From Acaryochloris thomasi RCC1774 (GTDB lineage: Bacteria; Cyanobacteriota; Cyanobacteriia; Thermosynechococcales; Thermosynechococcaceae): 32,000 nt of DNA. Location of the stretch: assembly GCF_003231495.1 (NCBI RefSeq), contig NZ_PQWO01000023.1, positions 1 through 32,000 of the forward strand, written 5' to 3'. Numbering within the stretch: position 1 is the first letter of the stretch; each line of letters starts with the position of its first letter. The notes beneath the pieces are model-generated. The model ran no database searches. It saw nothing but the letters and a program-made list of their open reading frames with translations, and was not told the DNA's origin. Below are positions 7,479 through 15,153 of the stretch, piece by piece. Both the position numbers and the translations under genes were made by a program.

Positions 7479-9221
7479 ATGTGTCTTGTTTCCCGTAAAC
7501 CACTTGCAACCGCAGTTGCCTCAGGCATACTCATCGGTTGCCTTACGACTCTAGGAGTCGCGCCTTCCCTTGCAGGGGCAGGCCACAATCACGGAAATGA
7601 GTTTGAAACGGGTGGCAATACGGGCGGGCCTAAGAGCGTTGAGGTGAACGCTGACATTTCCAAGCGCATTGGCATCAAGATTGAGCCTGCTGGACAGCAG
7701 CGGATTGGTGTCGGCATTAAAGCCACAGGACAAATTGAAACCCAGCCGAATCGTCAGGCTAATGTGACGATTCCGACTCCAGGCACCGTCGTTGAACTTT
7801 TAGTGAAACCTGGAGATCGCGTCAAAAAGGGCCAGCCTGTAGCAGTGATATCTAGCCTAGAGCTACTGCAATTACGAGTTGAATCCCTCGACAGACGCAC
7901 AGATGCAGAAGTCACCCTGAGAGAAGCACAGGCAAACTTGCGGCTTGCCCAGGAAAACTTAACCCGTGAGCGTCAAATTGCTGCCACTGAAATCGCTCAG
8001 GCACAAACGCAACTGGCCGAAGCCCAGGAACGCTACGACGGAGATGCCCGTTTGGTGTCTGAAGGGGCATTACCCCGTCGTCAGATGCTGACCTCCAAGA
8101 CCCAACTTGCCGAAGCGAAAGCAGCGTTGAACAAAAACGAGAGTCGTCAAGCAGTTCTTAGAGCCGAAGCAGAACTAAAACGAACTTCAGCAGCAGTCGC
8201 AGGGGCCAATCAGCGTGTAGGGCTAAGTGGAACCACATATCAGACGCGGCTGAGACAACTACGAACGCCCTCCAATCAACAAGGTTTAGTGGTGGTTCAG
8301 GCTCCCATTGCAGGCACGATCGCCAAGCGGGAGGTCACTCTAGGGGCGTCCTTTGAAGATGCGGGGGGGCAACTGATGACCATTGTGAACGATGCTGAAG
8401 TCTGGGCAGCGGCCAACGTTTATGAGAAAGATCTTGATCAGTTAAGCCGAGGTCAACCCATCAGAATGCAGGTGTCTAGCCTGCCGGGAGAAATCTTCAA
8501 TGGGCAGATTGTTCAAATTGATCCCGTGGTTGCAGGCGAAACTCGGGTGGTCCCTGTTCGAGCCAGCGTCAGCAATCCCCGCAACAAACTCAAGCCAGGG
8601 ATGTTTGCGGAGCTGGAGATTATGACAGGGCGTACTTCTACCGCGACGACCGCCATTCCTTCGGGGGGACTGGTGGAAGTCAATAACCAGTCCTTCGTTT
8701 ATGTGGAAAATGGCAAAGGTCGGTTTGAGCCAGTAAAAGTTGAGCTGGGCGAAACCTTTGGCGGCTGGGTTGCAATCAAGCGGGGCCTTTTTGATGGCGA
8801 TCGCATCGTCACGCAAGGGGCCATGATGCTCTATGCTCAATCGCTGCAGGGTGGGAGTCAAGCCTCAGAAGATGACGGACATGATCACTCTGAAGACGAT
8901 GGACATGATCACGGCAGTGAAGCAGCCGCGACTCCCTCAGGTTTTTCGCTGCTGAGTACGGGCAACGTTCCCTGGTGGATCGTGGTGCCCACTGGGGGAG
9001 CGATCGCGGCTGGGGCCTATCTAGCAGGACGCCGGGGTCGCTCCGGTTCGGGTGAGCCGGATCCAGACTTGACTCAGACGGCTGAGGAGAACGGCCAGAT
9101 GCTAAGGGACGGTGTGCCTGAGACTGACTTTGTTCTTAATGGAGAAGCCTCCTCTGATGCAGCAGAACCGTCATCCGTTGCTGATGAAGCGGCAAGCAAG
9201 CAACACCAGGAGTCAGCCTAG
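7479..9221 (+). CDS. Efflux RND periplasmic adaptor (membrane fusion protein, CusB/HlyD-like) with an atypical C-terminal His-rich repeat, extra TM helix and acidic tail.
   Basis: It has an N-terminal anchor with a possible lipobox (LIGC), a long coiled-coil hairpin region (AEVTLREAQANLRLAQENL...) and beta-barrel/MPD-like motifs. It lies directly upstream of the RND pump gene. EDDGHDHS occurs twice at nt 8868-8915, and a predicted TM helix is at nt 8967-9029. Confidence 0.9.
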   Translation: MCLVSRKPLATAVASGILIGCLTTLGVAPSLAGAGHNHGNEFETGGNTGGPKSVEVNADISKRIGIKIEPAGQQRIGVGIKATGQIETQPNRQANVTIPTPGTVVELLVKPGDRVKKGQPVAVISSLELLQLRVESLDRRTDAEVTLREAQANLRLAQENLTRERQIAATEIAQAQTQLAEAQERYDGDARLVSEGALPRRQMLTSKTQLAEAKAALNKNESRQAVLRAEAELKRTSAAVAGANQRVGLSGTTYQTRLRQLRTPSNQQGLVVVQAPIAGTIAKREVTLGASFEDAGGQLMTIVNDAEVWAAANVYEKDLDQLSRGQPIRMQVSSLPGEIFNGQIVQIDPVVAGETRVVPVRASVSNPRNKLKPGMFAELEIMTGRTSTATTAIPSGGLVEVNNQSFVYVENGKGRFEPVKVELGETFGGWVAIKRGLFDGDRIVTQGAMMLYAQSLQGGSQASEDDGHDHSEDDGHDHGSEAAATPSGFSLLSTGNVPWWIVVPTGGAIAAGAYLAGRRGRSGSGEPDPDLTQTAEENGQMLRDGVPETDFVLNGEASSDAAEPSSVADEAASKQHQESA

Positions 9222-9281
9222 TGTCAGAAGCTCTCCTTTGGTCTGAGTATTGGTCGGCAGTGAAGCGTTTCTAGATCCCTT

Positions 9282-12200
9282 ATGTTAAATGCCGTCCTGA
9301 AATGGTCTATTGCCCAGCGCTGGTTGATTGTGATCGGCGCAATTATCGTGACGGTTTGGGGACTGTTGACCGTTTCCAAGATGCCGTTGGATGTGTTCCC
9401 TAACTTTGCGCCCCCACAGGTGGATGTGCAAACAGAGGCACCTGGGCTAGCCCCGGAAGAAGTGGAGTCTTTAGTGACCTTTCCCATCGAGAGCGCCGTC
9501 AATGGAACGCCGGGGGTCGATATTGTCCGGTCCTCGTCCGGTGTCGGGATTTCGGTGGTTCAGATCACATTTAACTGGGGAACGGATGTTTACCTGGCTC
9601 GGCAACTGGTCTCAGAACGGCTGCAGCAAGTGACCAGTCAGCTCCCTAATGGAGTTGAGATCCCTCAAATTTCGCCGCTGTCTTCCCCTATCGGTACAGT
9701 TTTAACCTATGCCTTCACGATTGCGGATGGAGGCAAAACCACACTCATGGATGTTCGCAACCTCGTTGATCTTGAGATTACCAATCAACTGTTGGCTGTT
9801 CCCGGTGTAACCCAGGTGCTCTCCTACGGGGGCGAAACCCGCCAGTATCAGGTTTTAGTCGATCCAGCCAAATTGAGAGCCTATGATATCACCTTGGCAG
9901 AAGTGACGCAGGCCGTCGAAGAGGCCAATACCAACGCAGGGGGGGGCTTTTTGATTACCCCCGACCGAGAGTATTTAATTCGCGGCCTCGGTCGCATCCA
10001 ATCGGTGGAGGCACTGCAGGAATCTGTGGTAACTGCCCGTGATGGGGTGCCAGTCCTGCTGGGTAATGTGGCTGATATTCAAATTGGGGCGGCCCTGAAG
10101 CGAGGAGATGCCAGCGCCAATGGCAAAGCAGCCATTGTGATGATGGTGAATAAGCAGCCGCTTTCGGATACGCCCACAGTCACCCGAGCAGTGGAAGCCC
10201 AGATGGAGACCATTAAGGCGGGGTTGCCGGAAGATGTGGAGGTGACGGCCACGTTTCGCCAGTCTGATTTTATTGATGCTTCGATTCAGAACGTCACCAG
10301 CTCCCTGCGGGACGGCATCATCATTGTGGCGATTGTGCTGCTGTTGTTTTTGATGAACTGGCGCACAGCAGTAATGGCTTTGAGCGCTATCCCTCTGTCT
10401 CTACTGATTGGTCTGAGCATCCTGAATCTATTTGGTCTGGGAATCAACACCATGACGTTAGGGGGACTGGCTGTGGCGATCGGTTCTGTTGTTGATGATG
10501 CCATTGTCGATATGGAAAATTCCTATCGACGTATCCGGGAAAATCAACTGGCAGGCACCCCCATTCCCCCATTGCAGGTGGTGTATAACGCCTCCAGAGA
10601 AGTGCGGGTGAGTGTTTTATTCTCGACCATTATCATCGCGGTTATTTTCGCACCCATCTTTACCTTGACTGGGATTGAAGGCAAAATCTTTGCCCCGATG
10701 GGCTTTGCCTATCTCCTTTCAATTTTCTCGTCCACCTTTGTAGCCCTGACGCTCTCTCCCGCGCTCTCTGCCCTGCTGCTCTCGAATCACAAACTACCAG
10801 CGGTGGAAACCTGGCTTGCCCGAACCGCAAAGCGTCTGTATCAACCGCTGTTACAGTTCTCCCTTAGCCGAGCCAAAGTCGTTCTGATGATTGCGGTGGC
10901 ACTATTTGTCGCTTCGATGCTAGTGTTGCCCACGCTAGGTCGCGTATTTCTACCGGAGTTTCAGGAGCGTTCTTTGGTGAATACGATGACACTCTATCCC
11001 GGCAGCTCTCTAGAACTCACCAGTCGGGCCGGACTCGCCATTCAAGATTTGCTCAGAGACGATCCTCTGTTTGATTCAGTGCAGCTTAGGGCGGGTCGGG
11101 TGTCGGGGGATGCTGATGCCGCCAGCGTTTCATTTGGTCATGTTGATGTGGAAATTAGTGAAGCTGGGATGAAAGACCGAGAGGCCACTATTGAGACGTT
11201 ACGTGAGACGTTTGCTCAAATTCCAGGAGTTGTTCCAGGGATTGGCGGCTTCATTTCTCACCGCATTGATGAAATTCTGTCCGGGGTGAGAAGCGCGATC
11301 GCCATCAAGATTTTCGGACCAGACTTAGACGAGCTGCGCTCCCTTGGTACCCAGATACAGACTGCCATCAGCGAAGTGCCGGGACTGGTTGATTTACAGC
11401 TCGAACCCCAAGTGGACATCAAACAGCTTCAGATTGAATTCGACCGTCAAGCCGCTGCCCGCTATGGCTTAACGGTGGGCCAACTTGCAGAAACGGTCGA
11501 AACAGCCTTCAATGGACGCGCTGTATCACAAGTGCTAGAAGGGCAGCAGCTCTTCGATCTATTGGTCTGGTTGCAGGAATCAGATCGCAGCAACCTCGAT
11601 ACAATTCGCAACCTGTTGGTTGATACCCCCAGCGGGACGAAAATACCGCTGGCACAGGTAGCCGATATCAGCTTTGGCACTGGCCCCAACACAATTAACC
11701 GTGAAAATGTGCTGCGCCGCTTCATCGTGTCAACCAACGTTGCCAATCGAGACTTAGGCAGTGCCGTCGAAGAAATTAAAGCTACCGTAGCCCAAGAGGT
11801 GGAGCTGCCAGAGGGATACTTCATTCAGTACGGCGGTCAGTTTGAGTCAGAGCAGCGAGCGTCCCAAAACCTGATCACCTTTGGATTTCTGGCGCTGGTG
11901 GTGGTGGCCGTGATGATGTATTTTGCCGTCAAGTCTGTCCCCGCCACGGTGATGATTATGCTTAACCTACCCCTGGCCCTATCGGGTGGTATCTTTTCCG
12001 TCGCCTTGGGCGGGGGCATTCTCTCCGTAGCGTCAATGGTGGGCTTTATCACTCTGTTTGGTGTGGCGACCCGCAATGGCTTGCTATTGGTGGACAACTA
12101 TAACAATAAATTTGCCGAGGGCAAGTCGATCCAAGCAGGCGTGATGGAGGGATCGACAGAACGCCTGGAAGCGATCTTGATGACGGCCTTAACCTCAGCG

Positions 12201-12431
12201 CTCGGAATGCTGCCCCTTGTCATTGGGGCTGGGGCAGGCAAGGAAATTCTGCAACCGCTAGCGGTTGTGGTGTTGGGGGGCCTGTTCACCTCCACCGCCC
12301 TGACTCTGGTACTCTTGCCCGCGCTATATGCTCAGTTCGGTCGATTCTTGCGCCCTAAGGCTGATCCAGCAACCAGACAACCCGAACATGAAGCCGACGT
12401 ACAGAAGCATGATTTGACCCTGAAGCAATGA
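9282..12431 (+). CDS. CusA/CzcA-family heavy-metal efflux RND permease, 1049 aa.
   Basis: It shows the typical 12-TM RND architecture. The N-terminus (LNAVLKWSIAQRWLIVIGAIIVTVWG) and the TM4 motif AIGSVVDDAIVDMEN resemble the CusA-type AIGxxVDxAIVxxEN signature. The C-terminus contains ATRNGLLLV. Confidence 0.95.
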   Translation: MLNAVLKWSIAQRWLIVIGAIIVTVWGLLTVSKMPLDVFPNFAPPQVDVQTEAPGLAPEEVESLVTFPIESAVNGTPGVDIVRSSSGVGISVVQITFNWGTDVYLARQLVSERLQQVTSQLPNGVEIPQISPLSSPIGTVLTYAFTIADGGKTTLMDVRNLVDLEITNQLLAVPGVTQVLSYGGETRQYQVLVDPAKLRAYDITLAEVTQAVEEANTNAGGGFLITPDREYLIRGLGRIQSVEALQESVVTARDGVPVLLGNVADIQIGAALKRGDASANGKAAIVMMVNKQPLSDTPTVTRAVEAQMETIKAGLPEDVEVTATFRQSDFIDASIQNVTSSLRDGIIIVAIVLLLFLMNWRTAVMALSAIPLSLLIGLSILNLFGLGINTMTLGGLAVAIGSVVDDAIVDMENSYRRIRENQLAGTPIPPLQVVYNASREVRVSVLFSTIIIAVIFAPIFTLTGIEGKIFAPMGFAYLLSIFSSTFVALTLSPALSALLLSNHKLPAVETWLARTAKRLYQPLLQFSLSRAKVVLMIAVALFVASMLVLPTLGRVFLPEFQERSLVNTMTLYPGSSLELTSRAGLAIQDLLRDDPLFDSVQLRAGRVSGDADAASVSFGHVDVEISEAGMKDREATIETLRETFAQIPGVVPGIGGFISHRIDEILSGVRSAIAIKIFGPDLDELRSLGTQIQTAISEVPGLVDLQLEPQVDIKQLQIEFDRQAAARYGLTVGQLAETVETAFNGRAVSQVLEGQQLFDLLVWLQESDRSNLDTIRNLLVDTPSGTKIPLAQVADISFGTGPNTINRENVLRRFIVSTNVANRDLGSAVEEIKATVAQEVELPEGYFIQYGGQFESEQRASQNLITFGFLALVVVAVMMYFAVKSVPATVMIMLNLPLALSGGIFSVALGGGILSVASMVGFITLFGVATRNGLLLVDNYNNKFAEGKSIQAGVMEGSTERLEAILMTALTSALGMLPLVIGAGAGKEILQPLAVVVLGGLFTSTALTLVLLPALYAQFGRFLRPKADPATRQPEHEADVQKHDLTLKQ

Positions 12432-12465
12432 ATATCAGACAGTTTATTCCCTAACAAGAGACCCA

Positions 12466-12792
12466 ATGCCGAGCACGACCACCTGGAAACAGCTAACCAT
12501 TCACACCAGTGAGTCCAGCCACTGGAAGCACCAACCCCTCTACCAAGAAATACTGGGGATGGCTCGTCAGCAAGAGTTGATGGGGGTAACGGTCATGCAG
12601 GCTATTGCAGGGTATGGCAAGCATGGTGTATTCCGCACTCTCAATGTGCTGGACGCAGCCTCTGAGTCCTCTGATTTACCGCTTGTCATTACTGTCATTG
12701 ATCGAGAGGATATCATTTCTCATTTCTATACCTCGCTGCAGCCTTTGCTCAAAAATACATTTGTCACCTGTCAAACGATTGAAGTTTGGTAG
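12466..12792 (+). CDS. DUF190 (UPF0166, PII-like fold) domain protein.
   Basis: The 108-aa sequence fits the DUF190 pattern (LTIHTSESSHWKHQPLYQEILGMARQQELMGVTVMQAIAGYGKHG...DLPLVITVID). It lies 34 nt after the RND gene. Confidence 0.8.
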   Translation: MPSTTTWKQLTIHTSESSHWKHQPLYQEILGMARQQELMGVTVMQAIAGYGKHGVFRTLNVLDAASESSDLPLVITVIDREDIISHFYTSLQPLLKNTFVTCQTIEVW

Positions 12793-12832
12793 ATGTCGTC
12801 TACCGTTTTTACTGAATCAAGGAGTTCATTGT

Positions 12833-13342
12833 ATGCGCCATTATCTAAACGTTCCTGTCTTTTTGAGCCTATGTCTGTTGGTGTTGCCTTTGACTGCCTG
12901 CAGCAGCAGCACTCCCCAAAGCACGTCCGCTGAAACCGAACATTCTGCCGATGATGGCCACGACCACTCAAAAGATGGAGAAGAACACTCTGCCGATGAC
13001 GGACATGACCATAGTGAACATGAGCTGCATTCCAAGGGTGGTCAGGTGGTTGAATCAGACCCTTACCATATTGAGCTGGTCACGAAACCCAAAGACGATG
13101 GAACTCAGCTCAACTTATATCTTCTCCATGAAGCGGAAGAGCGAGTGATTACCGATGCCCAAGTGACAGCCAACGTTCAGCAACCAGACGGGGAGCAACA
13201 AACTGTCAAGTTGATTTACAAGCCTGCCGAAGAAGGCTACACGGGCTTACTGGCTGCGCAAGCCACAGGCCAATACGATTTAGTCGTGCAAACTGATATT
13301 GGCGGCGAAAAGATTAACAGCCGATTTAGTATCGAGAGATGA
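12833..13342 (+). CDS. His-rich periplasmic lipoprotein with a beta-sandwich-like (YtkA/FixH-like) C-terminal domain.
   Basis: The ATG at 12833 is preceded by AAGGAG. The signal peptide carries a lipobox (LPLTAC). HSADDGHDHS occurs twice, followed by EHELH (nt 12938-13030). I reject the longer ORF-track start at 12605 because it overlaps the DUF190 gene and has no signal logic. Confidence 0.8.
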   Translation: MRHYLNVPVFLSLCLLVLPLTACSSSTPQSTSAETEHSADDGHDHSKDGEEHSADDGHDHSEHELHSKGGQVVESDPYHIELVTKPKDDGTQLNLYLLHEAEERVITDAQVTANVQQPDGEQQTVKLIYKPAEEGYTGLLAAQATGQYDLVVQTDIGGEKINSRFSIER

Positions 13343-13408
13343 GGGAAGATATTGGAAATTGACAACCCCACGTAAAGTTAATTAACTAATTTGTATCGCA
13401 GGCATCAA

Positions 13409-13431
13409 TTTCATTTGTGTTTTATTTTCAT
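13409..13431 (+). promoter_or_regulatory. Class I direct-repeat box (TTTCAT-N5-TTTTAT-TTTCAT) upstream of the small peptide 1 / DUF2808 / RR1 / HK1 genes.
   Basis: The block of about 28 nt is conserved with 7236-7264. It lies 44 nt upstream of the peptide ATG. Confidence 0.4.
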
Positions 13432-13474
13432 GACATAGGCTGATCACTATCAGTTCATACAGTTGTAAAAAGTC

Positions 13475-13675
13475 ATGAAAACCAGTAGAGCCTTCATGGG
13501 TATTCTGTTGACAATATTGATGTCAGGGATGCTTTTGCCAAGCCGAGCCTCAGCTAAATCTATTGTTGTCTGTGGACCTAATGGGGCTGCTCGAATTGTT
13601 GATCAGGTGCCGGTTGGTTGCCACATCTTGAAGGCAAATACACCACCGAAGAGCAGCTCTAACTCTAGCTCATAA
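13475..13675 (+). CDS. Small secreted Cys/His peptide, copy 1: 66-aa precursor, about 39-aa mature part.
   Basis: It has a canonical Sec signal (MKTSRAFMGILLTILMSGMLLPSRASA|KS). The mature part IVVCGPNGAARIVDQVPVGCHILKANTPP is conserved with the second copy at 24482-24700 despite many synonymous codon differences. Confidence 0.7.
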   Translation: MKTSRAFMGILLTILMSGMLLPSRASAKSIVVCGPNGAARIVDQVPVGCHILKANTPPKSSSNSSS

Positions 13676-13907
13676 TATTCTGGCGGTGTGCTGACAGTCC
13701 TCAAAAGTCGATTGTCGGCACATCGCCAATAAATTGAGTTAATACCCTCTGAATAGTCTATCTTTTACATTTTTTCAGGATGGACTTTTAGAAGTGACGG
13801 TGCGACTGTTGCTAGAAATTTTAGCAGTAAGCAGTTTATATTTTTGTTTTTCAATATTACCGAAATTCATCATAAATCGACTTACCAAGGTTCACAGAGA
13901 GAGAAAA

Positions 13908-14378
13908 ATGTTTAAATTATCAACAATAGTACTTGCTGGGGGATTATTCCTAGCTTCAGTACCGACCTGGGCTGCGACGATTCAAGATGCTCCAGTCCCC
14001 TATCTAACCTCTAGTCGCTCGGTTCCACGGAATGCCCTTGCTCCCTTTGCAAAATATCAGTTTGGGCTAAATGTTTCGGGGTATCCCGTCTCCCAGCTCT
14101 CAATTGGCCTCCCAGAGCGAATGACGGTTGGCAGGATCTCTGTTCGAGGTGCAGACGGACAGGTGATTGAGGCATCAACGATGGTCGAAGATCGAACTGC
14201 CGTGATTAAGTTTGCTCAGCCTGTCTCACCCGGTACCGCACTCAGAGTTGAGCTATCCTCTGTTCGCACCCTGTCAATGTTGGGTCGGGTATGGCTGATG
14301 CCCGTCACTGTTCGTGGGACTGAATCAGCTAAGGACTTGTCGGTTGGGATGGCCCGCATCCACACTTACAACAATTGA
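13908..14378 (+). CDS. Secreted DUF2808-like protein (a family I recall as cyanobacteria-restricted).
   Basis: The ATG at 13908 gives a signal peptide (MFKLSTIVLAGGLFLASVPTWA|AT). The body (YQFGLNVSGYPVSQLSI...VIKFAQPVSPGTALRVELSSV...MARIHTY) matches my recollection of the DUF2808 pattern. The ORF-track GTG start at 13794 is rejected. Confidence 0.7.
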   Translation: MFKLSTIVLAGGLFLASVPTWAATIQDAPVPYLTSSRSVPRNALAPFAKYQFGLNVSGYPVSQLSIGLPERMTVGRISVRGADGQVIEASTMVEDRTAVIKFAQPVSPGTALRVELSSVRTLSMLGRVWLMPVTVRGTESAKDLSVGMARIHTYNN

Positions 14379-14448
14379 CGTGGCTGTTTTCTGATGGACC
14401 AGCAAGAGAACAGACAATGGATCTGGTGCTAGGGAGGGTTCTATTGGA

Positions 14449-15153
14449 ATGCGGATTCTTCTCGTTGAGGATGAGGTCGATCTGGCGGCGGCGATTAAGC
14501 GTAGCCTGTCGCGAGAGAAGTATGTGGTTGACTGGGCACAGGATGGAACCCAAGCTTGGGACTATCTTGAGAACCCGCATGTCAACTATTCTCTAGCAAT
14601 TTTTGACTGGCTGCTGCCGGGGTTATCGGGGATAGAACTCTGTCAGCGACTTAGGCAGTCAAAATCCTGCTTGCCTGTGCTAATGCTGACGGCCAAGGAG
14701 CGCATGGAAGATAAGGTGGCTGGCCTGGATGCGGGAGCGGATGATTACCTCGTCAAACCCTTTGAAATGGGGGAACTCAAGGCGAGATTGCGGGCGCTGC
14801 AGCGGCGATCGCCTCAGCTTCAGGCACAGCAGTTACAGGTAGGGCAGCTCCTCCTAGACTATGGCACCGCAACCGTCTCTGTGCAGGGTGAAGCGGTGAC
14901 TGCCTCGGTCATACCGCTGACGGCAAAAGAGTTCCAGTTGCTAGAGTACTTTATGAAGCATCCCAATCAGATTATCCCTCGGGAGCAGTTAATGAACCAG
15001 GTCTGGGAAATCGAGGCAGATCCAACCAGTAATGTTGTTCCAGCGCAGATGCGTCTCCTGCGACGGAAGCTAGCAGACTATGGTTTAGGGGACTCACTCG
15101 ACACCATCTATGGTCTGGGATATCGTCTCAACCCTTCCCATGCCTCAACGTAA
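14449..15153 (+). CDS. OmpR-family response regulator (CopR/NrsR-like), paralog 1.
   Basis: The receiver domain (MRILLVEDE...AIFDWLLPGLSG...LMLTAK) is followed by a winged-helix output domain (LTAKEFQLLEYFMKHP...GLGYRL). AGGGAGGG lies upstream of the ATG. Confidence 0.95.
   Translation: MRILLVEDEVDLAAAIKRSLSREKYVVDWAQDGTQAWDYLENPHVNYSLAIFDWLLPGLSGIELCQRLRQSKSCLPVLMLTAKERMEDKVAGLDAGADDYLVKPFEMGELKARLRALQRRSPQLQAQQLQVGQLLLDYGTATVSVQGEAVTASVIPLTAKEFQLLEYFMKHPNQIIPREQLMNQVWEIEADPTSNVVPAQMRLLRRKLADYGLGDSLDTIYGLGYRLNPSHAST

Noticed and set aside
8442-8861. Long antisense ORFs inside well-supported genes: 8442-8861, 10286-10504, 11462-12295, 18914-19237, 25442-26145, 26374-26859, 27566-28046 and 30338-30949.
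   Set aside because: Each lies fully within a gene with strong family motifs on the opposite strand, and none contains a recognisable domain.
12605-12832. The 5' extension of the lipoprotein ORF (track start 12605). The same issue applies to the track starts at 13794, 15110, 17023, 22136 and 28933.
   Set aside because: Each extension overlaps the preceding gene or lacks signal-peptide logic. Internal ATGs with an RBS, a paralog alignment, or a stop/start overlap give more coherent gene models.
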